A stretch of 64,000 bases of DNA from a virus (taxonomy: Duplodnaviria > Caudoviricetes), in IMG/VR virus record IMGVR_UViG_3300004481_001312, positions 5,324 through 69,323 of that record; one strand, given 5' to 3'. The position numbers and the translations under genes are program-made. The notes below the pieces were generated by a model. It was not told where the DNA came from. It saw only the letters and a program-made list of their open reading frames with translations, and made no database searches. Positions 18,295-26,567 of the stretch are shown piece by piece. Numbering within the stretch: position 1 is the first letter of the stretch; each line of letters begins with the position of its first letter.

Positions 18295-18629
18295 TGGGAT
18301 CGTCTAGCCGTAGATCAGGAAGCCCATTCAACAGAGTGAACGCCCTGGCTGTCCAGACTTCCCCTGGGGCCAAGGCGTTCGTGTCCACCGTTCACTTGAT
18401 CCCCAGAGACGGTGGCTGACCAGGGTCGCAAGATGGTTGTCTGACGGATCGAGCTTTTCCTAGTAGAACCATCCGACGCAGACCCCCAGGGGATATCTGG
18501 GGCAAAGCTGTCGGTCAGTCGTTCGGTACGCCAGGGTGAGCCGTCAGTCGTCCCCTGGTTCGTGCAACTAACCATCTAACGCATATCATAGCGCATCACT
18601 ATCTATGGTCGCCGGTCAGGTGCAGTGGC

Positions 18630-18803
18630 CTATGAGTCGGCGGGTTGGAACTTCTCCTCGAACACCTCCGCACCACAACGCCGGCACTCCCACTGCAACC
18701 CGTCGGGGCCGTCGTAGGTGATCACCTCGTCGTGGTCGAACGCCTCGCCACAGATCTCGTAGTCGAAAGAATCTTCACATTCATCGATGTCGTGTGTAGT
18801 CAT
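18630..18803 (-). CDS. Small acidic protein with putative Zn ribbon
   Basis: WECRRCG motif. Confidence 0.5.
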   Translation of the reverse strand: MTTHDIDECEDSFDYEICGEAFDHDEVITYDGPDGLQWECRRCGAEVFEEKFQPADS

Positions 18804-18907
18804 GTCAATATCCAACTTCGCCCTCGGCCTCGGCCATGGAGTCACACTCGAATTCCGCCCTGACCCGGTGGAAGTAGATCCTGCTCACAGGATTCCTTTC
18901 ATGGTAG

Positions 18908-18933
18908 CGGCCCGGTGGTATTCCACCGGGCCG
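18908..18933 (-). terminator. GC-rich hairpin after gene 18946..19431
   Basis: CGGCCCGGTGG-TATT-CCACCGGGCCG perfect stem. Confidence 0.65.
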
Positions 18934-18945
18934 AATAGTTGATTG

Positions 18946-19431
18946 TCAGAGATCGAGTTCAGCGTCAAGAAGGTCGTCGACTTCGTCCTGGGTATACAAC
19001 CGGTAGAACTCGAATCCTCCTGGGTTCTTTGTGGTGGCTCCAATCGCGATGTCAAATGTCATGGGGTTGTCGGTGTCGGGAGCACCCAAGTCGAACCAGT
19101 GGGTTTCGTCTGTCCCAGTATTTTCTGCGTCGCGTCGTTCGACGATCCTTGGGCCGTTGGGGTCGTCTACGAGGATCATGGCGTAGTTGGGGAGATCGGT
19201 GGTGTGTCGGTCTAGGTCCTGGATGATGACCTGCTGTTCGTTGTGGATCAATCGGAGTGCTTCCCTGGCAGCGTCGACTTCCGCACGGAATGCGTCCGCG
19301 ACGCTAGGGAGGTCTTTGATGCCGTATTCGGACATGCCGCGTTCGGCGTTGCGGAGGCGGATCTGGGCGACGTGTTCGATGGTGCGGAGTTCTGTTGCCC
19401 TGGCGGTGAGGCGGTTCGCGCGGTTTGACAT
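18946..19431 (-). CDS. Hypothetical protein
   Basis: 161-aa ORF with an RBS-like GAAGGAG and a divergent TTGACT-16-TACGAT promoter. Confidence 0.65.
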   Translation of the reverse strand: MSNRANRLTARATELRTIEHVAQIRLRNAERGMSEYGIKDLPSVADAFRAEVDAAREALRLIHNEQQVIIQDLDRHTTDLPNYAMILVDDPNGPRIVERRDAENTGTDETHWFDLGAPDTDNPMTFDIAIGATTKNPGGFEFYRLYTQDEVDDLLDAELDL

Positions 19432-19512
19432 CGTGGCTCCTTCGCGGTTGGTGTGACTGGCTAATCGTACCGCGCATCCATCGCAAGTCAATACGTATGT
19501 ACGTCGTAATAC

Positions 19513-19541
19513 TTGACGTAGCTACGTCTGTGCCCCATTCT
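19513..19541 (+). promoter_or_regulatory. SigA-type promoter overlapped by a 14-bp palindrome
   Basis: TTGACG-17-CATTCT; perfect palindrome GACGTAGCTACGTC at 19515-19528. Confidence 0.65.
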
Positions 19542-19583
19542 GAACATGTCAACGGGAACAACCCACCAACACCAGGAGGAACC

Positions 19584-19997
19584 ATGGACCTCACCGGAGC
19601 GACGCTCGCCAAGTTCGAGGACATGATCACAAACGGAGGTCGGGTCATCGATGGGATATGGAACGGGATATGGCTCGACACCAGGAACCACGTCACCTGT
19701 AACTGCCTCGCCAGAAACCACGAGATCTGTTCCGGCTGGATCCTCCCCATCGGAGGGCCGGCCGAGTGTGCGTGTCCATGCCACGACGAAGACCGTCCCA
19801 GCTACCGGGTCGCCCTCGCCAGGGCGTTGAAGGCTATGAACCACTGGCGTATCAACGACTTCGTCACAATCGATGGAACGGACGTCAACTGGAAGATCAC
19901 GTTCGTTGACTACCGCGCCAAGGAGGTGCACGCGACCGGTCCGGCCGGACAGGTTGCCATAGCTGAGTTCGACCTCGTCAACCTGCTCGTCAACTAA
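19584..19997 (+). CDS. Hypothetical Cys-rich protein
   Basis: AGGAGG RBS; CNC..C..CACPCH; own promoter and terminator. Confidence 0.7.
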   Translation: MDLTGATLAKFEDMITNGGRVIDGIWNGIWLDTRNHVTCNCLARNHEICSGWILPIGGPAECACPCHDEDRPSYRVALARALKAMNHWRINDFVTIDGTDVNWKITFVDYRAKEVHATGPAGQVAIAEFDLVNLLVN

Positions 19998-20004
19998 ACA
20001 ATGG

Positions 20005-20044
20005 ACGAAGGCCCGTCAGGATTATCCCTGGCGGGCCTTTTCGT
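20005..20044. terminator. Terminator hairpin between convergent genes
   Basis: ACGAAGGCCCGTCAGG-loop-CCTGGCGGGCCTTTTCGT. Confidence 0.7.
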
Positions 20045-20075
20045 TTCCCTGGCCTGGTTGTGGTCATGGTGCGTT

Positions 20076-20273
20076 TCAGATGGCGTACGGGCGGTTTCCG
20101 AGTACCTGTAGCATCCACTCGGCAGCCCACCGGTACATGCCATTGCAGACGATTATTTCACGCCAGCCCACGTCGCATCGGATCATGTAGCGATCGGCGC
20201 CATCCCCGGTGTCTTCTAACACCATTGTGTACACCGGGTGTTCCTGGGTCGGTTTGGTCCTGTTAACGGTCAT
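20076..20273 (-). CDS. Hypothetical protein
   Basis: 65-aa ORF in a minus-strand run. Confidence 0.5.
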   Translation of the reverse strand: MTVNRTKPTQEHPVYTMVLEDTGDGADRYMIRCDVGWREIIVCNGMYRWAAEWMLQVLGNRPYAI

Positions 20274-20333
20274 GGGCGACACCATAACCGAGTGTCGCCC
20301 ATGTCGTCGTGCGCGCTACCACAGCTACGGTTG

Positions 20334-20765
20334 CTAGAGATGCCGGTCGTACCATCCATAGTCCAGTCCAAGGGCTATGGCATGCGCGTAGACACCTACG
20401 ACACGCCCCTGGAGGGCCGCGATGTCGTCCCGGAGCGCTCGGCGGATCCGGAGCTCGAAGAACCACGTCCGGCGGAGCAGGGTAAATCGGTTGTCCAGGA
20501 GAAGATACAACTCGATCAAGTCCCTACGAAGCCCAATCGCGTGAATGGCCTGGTACGCGTCCCGTTCGTACTCGTGTGCCACGCAGCTGGCCGGTCGTTT
20601 CGGACACCGGTACTCGTGTGCCGCGCAGCGTCGGGCTTCCGTATCGGCGGTCAGGTGACCCGTTTCGTGGAAGCCGCAGTACCGGCACGTCCAGTACGCG
20701 AGTTCGTCTTTCGGCCTGCGCTCGTCGATGTCGGCCGGGATTGGGAGGTTGGGGTCATAGGGCAT
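20334..20765 (-). CDS. Hypothetical protein with putative Zn finger
   Basis: WTCRYCG..HEYRCP. Confidence 0.55.
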   Translation of the reverse strand: MPYDPNLPIPADIDERRPKDELAYWTCRYCGFHETGHLTADTEARRCAAHEYRCPKRPASCVAHEYERDAYQAIHAIGLRRDLIELYLLLDNRFTLLRRTWFFELRIRRALRDDIAALQGRVVGVYAHAIALGLDYGWYDRHL

Positions 20766-21133
20766 GTTGTCGTCCTCGGGTGTGTGCGGGTCCAGTTCCG
20801 TTTGATCGTTTTGAGTTCGTTGACGAGGTCGCCGGTCTTCCACGCGGAGGTGCGGTACACCCGCGCGTCGAGGCCGGCGTCCGTGAACGCGGTGAGCCAG
20901 GAGTGTTGTTCGGGTGTTGGTTCGTTTCGGTCGGTCTTGAGTTCGATGATGATCACGACTCCGTATCCGGCTATGACGAGGTCGGGGAATCCGGCGCGAT
21001 TGCGTCTGGGGTCGTTGTCGTGGAAGACGAGGAATCCGAGGAGCAGGCAGAATTCGATGATCGCTGCCTGAATGTCGAGTTCCTCGGTTCGTCGTGGTCT
21101 GCGGACTGCCGGTAGCGCTCGGGTGGTGGTCAT
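20651..21133 (-). CDS. VRR-NUC domain nuclease
   Basis: E..IQ, AGFPDL, IELK, TPEQ..W motifs. Confidence 0.85.
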   Translation of the reverse strand: MTTTRALPAVRRPRRTEELDIQAAIIEFCLLLGFLVFHDNDPRRNRAGFPDLVIAGYGVVIIIELKTDRNEPTPEQHSWLTAFTDAGLDARVYRTSAWKTGDLVNELKTIKRNWTRTHPRTTTCPMTPTSQSRPTSTSAGRKTNSRTGRAGTAASTKRVT

Positions 21134-21411
21134 GATTCGATTTTTATTAGTTCGAGTCGGATGTGTCGGATTGTTCCCTCTGTAACGGCGAACCGGGCAG
21201 CCAGGTCGACGTGTGTCGCGTCGGGGGTCTCGTTGATCGCGTCGATGATCGCGGCCTTGTGCTCACGCTTCTTGTCACGCCGTGCGGCTTTGAGGGATGC
21301 CAGTTTTGCGAATGTTTTGTCGTAGTCTGCCTCGATTTTGGCGAGTTCTATGGCGGTCGGGTGAAGTTCCCTCATGGTCGCAATCATCTCGCGTTCATGC
21401 CCGTAGGTCAA
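21130..21411 (-). CDS. HTH DNA-binding protein
   Basis: THVDLAARFAVTEGTIRHIR helix-turn-helix. Confidence 0.7.
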   Translation of the reverse strand: MTYGHEREMIATMRELHPTAIELAKIEADYDKTFAKLASLKAARRDKKREHKAAIIDAINETPDATHVDLAARFAVTEGTIRHIRLELIKIES

Positions 21412-21455
21412 GGCGTAGGTACGTCGTGATTATCTCAGAAATTCAGGCGTAAAAG

Positions 21456-21485
21456 TTGACTCCGCTACGCCATGTACCCCATACT
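21456..21485 (+). promoter_or_regulatory. SigA-type promoter
   Basis: TTGACT-18-CATACT followed by GAACATGTCA, as at 19536. Confidence 0.6.
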
Positions 21486-21536
21486 GAACATGTCACCGGG
21501 AACGGAGACAAACCACCACTCACCAGGAGGTATCCA

Positions 21537-21818
21537 ATGAACACCTACACCCACACCTACGCGATCAGCGCCGCAGCCGACTTCACCACCGACAAGGTGA
21601 TCGTCGACCTCCGCGTCAACGAGGCGCTCGTCGGAAACCGCAACGTCGAGTGCTGCGCGTTCCGCGAGCTGGTCGTCGGGGACACCCTGTGCGCCCTTGG
21701 CTTCAAATCCGGCGGACAGCGGAAGGTCCGGGCTACCCGGATCGTCAACGGTGTCGGCTACGTGCTCGTCAAGGAGGGCTGGTACCGATGGACAAAGATC
21801 TACGCGCACGTCATCTGA
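21537..21818 (+). CDS. Hypothetical protein
   Basis: AGGAGG RBS downstream of a promoter. Confidence 0.7.
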   Translation: MNTYTHTYAISAAADFTTDKVIVDLRVNEALVGNRNVECCAFRELVVGDTLCALGFKSGGQRKVRATRIVNGVGYVLVKEGWYRWTKIYAHVI

Positions 21819-21911
21819 CGTGCCATGGGGTGTGCCGGGTCGGCCGGCACACCGGGTTCGACTCCCGGCACACCCACTAAAACCCCTACCGCGAATCCGG
21901 GGAGATCAATA

Positions 21912-22430
21912 ATGGAGAAGACGCCGGCAGGAACGGTCACCGTGTTCGAGTGCGTGAAGAACGGTCTCACTGTCGTCGCCGTCCGCGACATGATCAACGT
22001 GGATTGGTATCACAAGCCGATCGCGGACCAGTATCGGATCACCACCAATACCGGGTACCGGTCCGAATTTCGGGCCTGCTACGACGACCGGTGCCTAGCG
22101 GAAACCATCACCTCGTGTCGCTGTGACGGTCAGGGATCGAGGTCGGTTGTCGCGTGGCTCGCCCACTCCAGTACCACGTGTCACGGATGGCACGACGTGA
22201 AGGCCATCGCTTTCGCCAAGAAGGTATTGGGATCGACGAATCCGGATCGGGAATTGTCGGTTGGGGCGAAGTCCGGGTACTACCAGTCGAAGAATTTCGT
22301 TCCGTGCGCGTGGCCGGTGGAGGGTCTGGGGCGGACTGTCACGTTCGTTGATGGACGGCCCCGGCCGGACGACTACGGGTACGACGTCAATATCCCGATC
22401 ATCGTATCCGATACCGAAATTACGTCGTAA
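21912..22430 (+). CDS. Hypothetical protein
   Basis: GGGGAG RBS before MEKTPAG. Confidence 0.6.
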   Translation: MEKTPAGTVTVFECVKNGLTVVAVRDMINVDWYHKPIADQYRITTNTGYRSEFRACYDDRCLAETITSCRCDGQGSRSVVAWLAHSSTTCHGWHDVKAIAFAKKVLGSTNPDRELSVGAKSGYYQSKNFVPCAWPVEGLGRTVTFVDGRPRPDDYGYDVNIPIIVSDTEITS

Positions 22431-22433
22431 TAG

Positions 22434-22462
22434 TTGACAGTGTTACGTGTGTTGTTCATACT
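22434..22462 (+). promoter_or_regulatory. SigA-type promoter
   Basis: TTGACA-17-CATACT preceded by TACGTCGTAATA. Confidence 0.65.
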
Positions 22463-22498
22463 GTGACCACACACTGACCAGCCAAGAGATGGAGCGCA

Positions 22499-22669
22499 AT
22501 GAAGATCTACGCAGTCATCGACATACGTAGCAGGTGGTTCGAGCTATACAGCACGGAACAGGACGCCAACACACGCGCTAACCAAATGAACGCGAACCTA
22601 GGACCTCGGTACAAGACTGCTCGATACCACGTATCCGAAGTGCTCGTGCACGAGAAGATCAATCAGTAA
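22499..22669 (+). CDS. Small hypothetical protein (56 aa)
   Basis: Hand translation MKIYAVIDIRSRWFELYSTEQDA...; GGAG RBS; below the track cutoff. Confidence 0.5.
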   Translation: MKIYAVIDIRSRWFELYSTEQDANTRANQMNANLGPRYKTARYHVSEVLVHEKINQ

Positions 22670-22788
22670 ATTCACTCCTAGGCGGATTGGCGGATTGTCA
22701 AACACCAACGCTGCCGCAGCGGCCCCCGATAAGGTCTTACGCAGACCCCATCGGGGGCCGCATCATTGTGCCAACGAAAGGGGACACC

Positions 22789-23697
22789 ATGGGAACACGA
22801 TCAAAGATCACAGCCGTTGGCGCGGCCATGGTCGTTACTATCGGCCTTGCTGGTCCGGCACCCACGTACGCGGCTACGGCGGAAACGAACGCGAACGCGC
22901 TCACCGCGATGCACGACGAGGCGTTCGCGTTCGCGTCGTACACGGCGTGGTCGAACCACGCGGTTGGTACCGGGAACACGGCGCTCGCCGGACTGTTGAT
23001 GGCAACCGCGTCACAGGAACGGGGCGAACATTTCGGCGAACTAGCCGACATGTTCCACGTCGTATTGGGAAGTTCAACGAACACGCTCACCGCGATGCGT
23101 GACGAGGCTGTGGAGGCAACCACCCTGTACCCAGGTTTCGCGGCGCAGGCGACAACGGCCGGGGACACAGCGGCTGCCGAGATGTTCGCCGAGCTAGCCG
23201 GGGACGAGAGAATTCACAAGACGCTACTCGCGCAGGCGTACCGGGCGTTGACCGTCGGCGGTCGGCACCCGTCGCCACCGGCCGTCACCCCAGTGCCGAT
23301 CGTGGAGGGTCCCGCTTTGTCCTCCGGGGCGACCCTGGCGAACATCGGTACGGCGCTGCGTGGGGAGGCATTCGCGTCGGCCCGGTACCGACTGTTCGGT
23401 CAGATGTCGGACGCGAACGGCAAGGAGTGGTTGGCGAACCTGTTCTACGCCCTATCCGACTACGAACTGCTCGACCACTTCGCGGTCCTGGCGAACCAGT
23501 ACGGCCTGGTTGGTACAGACGTTGTGAACCTCGCCGCTGCGATCGCGGCGGAGAACAGCGCGATCACGTCGTACACGACGTTCGCGGCGGAGGCGACCAC
23601 TGCCGGGGACACGGATGCTGCAGCGTTGTTCACGGACATCGGGGGTGACGAGGTGTTGCACCAGGCCGCGTTCACGGCCGTGCAGTCCGGTGGGTGA
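22789..23697 (+). CDS. Secreted tandem ferritin-like (rubrerythrin-type) protein
   Basis: N-terminal signal-peptide-like segment; two repeats each with E..., E..EH/E..DH, E..., DExxH di-iron ligands. Confidence 0.8.
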   Translation: MGTRSKITAVGAAMVVTIGLAGPAPTYAATAETNANALTAMHDEAFAFASYTAWSNHAVGTGNTALAGLLMATASQERGEHFGELADMFHVVLGSSTNTLTAMRDEAVEATTLYPGFAAQATTAGDTAAAEMFAELAGDERIHKTLLAQAYRALTVGGRHPSPPAVTPVPIVEGPALSSGATLANIGTALRGEAFASARYRLFGQMSDANGKEWLANLFYALSDYELLDHFAVLANQYGLVGTDVVNLAAAIAAENSAITSYTTFAAEATTAGDTDAAALFTDIGGDEVLHQAAFTAVQSGG

Positions 23698-23710
23698 CCG
23701 GTAGCGCTCC

Positions 23711-23741
23711 AACGGCCCGGGGCGAACAACCCCGGGCCGTT
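23711..23741. terminator. Hairpin between convergent genes
   Basis: AACGGCCCGGG-loop-CCCGGGCCGTT. Confidence 0.6.
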
Positions 23742-23747
23742 GTGGTG

Positions 23748-25058
23748 TTATTGATTGGTATTTGGGTCTTCGGTGAAATCGTATTGCTCGGCAATTCCAT
23801 CGCATATGCGTTCTGGAATTGTCCCAGTAATTTTTTGGAATCTTCGGCAGATAACATCCACATATTGTGGATCTATTTCAACTAATGCTGATCTCATTCT
23901 AAGTGTATGCGCAGCAATTAGCGTTGTTCCTGATCCTCCAAATGGATCGTATACCAATCCTTTCTGTGGACATGAGTTCGCAAGCATTTTTGCGACAAGG
24001 GCAACTGGTTTCATATTTGGATGGTCCTTGCTTTGTGTTGGTCTGTCTATCTCGAATACGGAATCTTGAGCGTTTCCTCCATGCCATTTGTCACCTCCGT
24101 GTCCTAGTTGTCCTTCTCCGCCTTGTGTGAAGCCATACATTATTGGCTCATGTCTATAATGATAGTCACTGTGCCCAAGCACGAATGAATTCTTCACCCA
24201 AATAAGGTTTTGACGCAGTTTCCATCCAGACGCGTTAAAGGCGTTGATGAATTCTATCTGCAACGCGCCGGGTGGATGCGCTATGTATATTGGAGATCCT
24301 GGAATAAGGACTATTGTCGCAACAGAGAATGCTCCAAATAGAAGTTCCGGAAGGAATTTCGCATTGTCATTTTCTATTGTCAACGCTTCTCCGGTCTTTC
24401 CAACGTAGTCTATTCCATATGGTGGATCCGTCCACATGCAGTTTGCATGATCTCCGTTTAGGAGACGTTCGACTTCTGTAACATTTGTCGAATCACCACA
24501 TAATAGTCGGTGTTGACCAAGTTGCCATATATCACCCATCTTGGTTATCGAACACCTGTTCACATTTGGTATGTCGTCTGGATCTCCAGAATTGGGATCG
24601 TCATCGTCGTCGGTGTTGGCGAGGAGGTCCTCGAGGTCGGCCGGATCCCAGCCTGTGAGTTCGATGAGGTCTGGGTCTCCGATCTCTTCCAACAGATTGG
24701 CGAGGGCCTGGTAGTCCCAGCCACCGAGTTCGGTTTGGCGGTTGTCGAGGACGAGATAGGCGGCTGCGTCCGCGTCGGAGCGGGAGGCCCAGCCGTGGAT
24801 GACGGGGGCGAACCAGCGGCCGGTGTCATCGGTTTGGATGCCCTCCGGTGGGGTCTCGCCAGCGTCGCGTCTGGCCTTGAGTGATTCGAGGCGTCCGTGG
24901 CCTACGACGAGTCGGCCGGTTCGGTCGTCGATGATCATTGGTGCGACGTAGCCGAATCGGTCGATGCTGGCCCGGAGCGGGTTGATCTGGTGTTCCTTGG
25001 GGTTGTTTGGGGCCGGTTCGATGCTGTCGAGGTCCTGGTAGTCCAGCCTACGTTCCAT
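23748..25058 (-). CDS. ParB-like N-terminal domain fused to an N6/N4 (beta-class) DNA methyltransferase
   Basis: NNPKEH..SIDRFGY..GHGR (ParB); TDPPY, HPNMKP, DPFGGSGTT (MTase). Confidence 0.9.
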   Translation of the reverse strand: MERRLDYQDLDSIEPAPNNPKEHQINPLRASIDRFGYVAPMIIDDRTGRLVVGHGRLESLKARRDAGETPPEGIQTDDTGRWFAPVIHGWASRSDADAAAYLVLDNRQTELGGWDYQALANLLEEIGDPDLIELTGWDPADLEDLLANTDDDDDPNSGDPDDIPNVNRCSITKMGDIWQLGQHRLLCGDSTNVTEVERLLNGDHANCMWTDPPYGIDYVGKTGEALTIENDNAKFLPELLFGAFSVATIVLIPGSPIYIAHPPGALQIEFINAFNASGWKLRQNLIWVKNSFVLGHSDYHYRHEPIMYGFTQGGEGQLGHGGDKWHGGNAQDSVFEIDRPTQSKDHPNMKPVALVAKMLANSCPQKGLVYDPFGGSGTTLIAAHTLRMRSALVEIDPQYVDVICRRFQKITGTIPERICDGIAEQYDFTEDPNTNQ

Positions 25059-25316
25059 GGTCCCTTCCCGTTGTGCCGTGGTGGTGGTCATGATGGGGGT
25101 ATGCGTGATCGTAGGGGTACCTATCCGTTCATGGTCGCCGGTGGCATCGCGGACCGGGTCGTGTCGGCGTTGCGGGAGTGTGGTTCCGGTGGCACGGATG
25201 TGGTCGCGGAGCGGATTGGAGAGGATCCAGGGCGGGTTGATGGTGTGCTAAGACACCTTTCCATGCTTGGGTTGGTCAGTGTCACAGTTGTCGATGCCCG
25301 TGGTTCTAGTGATTTG

Positions 25317-25634
25317 TCATTTGGCGTTGGGCGTACCAGTCGTGATGTTGGTGTCACGTGGGACGCGGTTCGGGGCCGTTCGCGTGGTCGTCGGGATTTG
25401 CGCCCGGTCGTTCGGGTCGTTCCGCGTCCGTCGGGGGATGCGGTTTCGAATTCCGTAGATGGTGGCGAACATAGCCCAGGCAACAGCGATCATGGATAGG
25501 ATGGATGACTGTTGCCCCGGTGTTAGTGGTATGCCGAATTGAACAGCCGCTACTACGAGTACGCTGGCGAGAGATCCTACTTGGTGACCTATTGCCTGAA
25601 TGTCGTTGTCGTCGTCTTTCGGCTTTCTGGGCAT
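25317..25634 (-). CDS. Holin-like two-TM membrane protein
   Basis: Two hydrophobic helices and a basic tail; directly after terS, about 1 kb from the lysin. Confidence 0.45.
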   Translation of the reverse strand: MPRKPKDDDNDIQAIGHQVGSLASVLVVAAVQFGIPLTPGQQSSILSMIAVAWAMFATIYGIRNRIPRRTRNDPNDRAQIPTTTRTAPNRVPRDTNITTGTPNAK

Positions 25635-25636
25635 AT

Positions 25637-26236
25637 TTATTCCTCATTGTCAGTTTCGGTTGTCCGCAGTCCGGCACGGCGCGCTAGTTCGGTCGCTACC
25701 TCCTTGAGGCGTATTCGGCGTTCCTCATCGGTGAGGTGCGTGATGTCCTCGGTGACGATTGGTCCCCCGGCCGGGCCTGTAACGGCTATCGTCTGGTTTG
25801 GCTCTCCGAGCGCCCGTACCTCGAGGTCGGTGGCGAGTTTGAGGAATCGGACGACGTCAGACGGGCCGAGATCAGCGTCCTGGAGGGCACGGAGCGCGGT
25901 GAGGGCTTTTTTGGTGAGCGCTCCGGCGATTTTTTGATGACGGTCGATCATGTCGCGTCGTGCCTGGATTGTTCGGTCACGGTCGAGTTCGTCTTGGTGC
26001 CGGTCCCACGCCTGCGCGCGTTCGGTCCACCTATATATGTGGGATTGAATTCTTATGTACCCATAGGATAGTTTGTCACCTATTCCCGTTAGCGCTTTGT
26101 TAGTCGTTGTTAGTGATCGCACTCGCCCGAGATCACGGAAGCAGAGGAACCGTTCGTACTGCTTCGATACCTCTCTGGGCTGCTGGTTCCACGGCTCGCG
26201 GTCAGGGTCGAGGTCGATGGGACTACGTTTCGCCAT
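25637..26236 (-). CDS. terS: Terminase small subunit
   Basis: PWNQQPRE..YERF..FRDLG..RSL..WTERAQAWD pattern; C-terminal VTGPAGGPI. Confidence 0.7.
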   Translation of the reverse strand: MAKRSPIDLDPDREPWNQQPREVSKQYERFLCFRDLGRVRSLTTTNKALTGIGDKLSYGYIRIQSHIYRWTERAQAWDRHQDELDRDRTIQARRDMIDRHQKIAGALTKKALTALRALQDADLGPSDVVRFLKLATDLEVRALGEPNQTIAVTGPAGGPIVTEDITHLTDEERRIRLKEVATELARRAGLRTTETDNEE

Positions 26237-26567
26237 GGTCGCCTCGCTACGTTCGGTAGTCCATGGCCCGAAACTGGCCATGGCACTGTTCCGTCGCCCA
26301 CCATAATGATCACGCCTTATCCGAGTTGTGTCACGTGGGTCGACGATTGCCCATTGCTAGGCGCATGATGGGTAGGTGGGTGCCATGCCCTGGGGAGGGC
26401 AGGTGGCACTCGGTTTCCCCGGTTCCCAAAGCCCCCGTGGTTCCGGTGAGAAGGTCCCGACCTCCCTCAGGAAGGTCGGGGCCTTTGCCTTTCCGGTTCA
26501 TGTAACTGCGCGTGAGGGTGATCTCCGATAGACGTTTGGGTGTCTACGGTGTCGAGGAGGAGGTGAC

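Noticed and set aside
18300-18600. Possible dpdA remnant upstream of the QueD-like gene (LVSHRL..PW in a broken frame)
   Set aside because: The match is only a few residues, interrupted by stops; cannot be supported without a profile search.
25100-25499. Possible plus-strand winged-helix gene (VVSALRECG..VAERIGED..LRHLSMLGLV)
   Set aside because: Suggestive pattern, but it overlaps the holin-like gene by about 180 bp with no clear start signal; needs a profile search.
26380-26500. tRNA-like structure upstream of the lysin
   Set aside because: No cloverleaf, T-loop GTTCGA or CCA end; reported only as hairpins.
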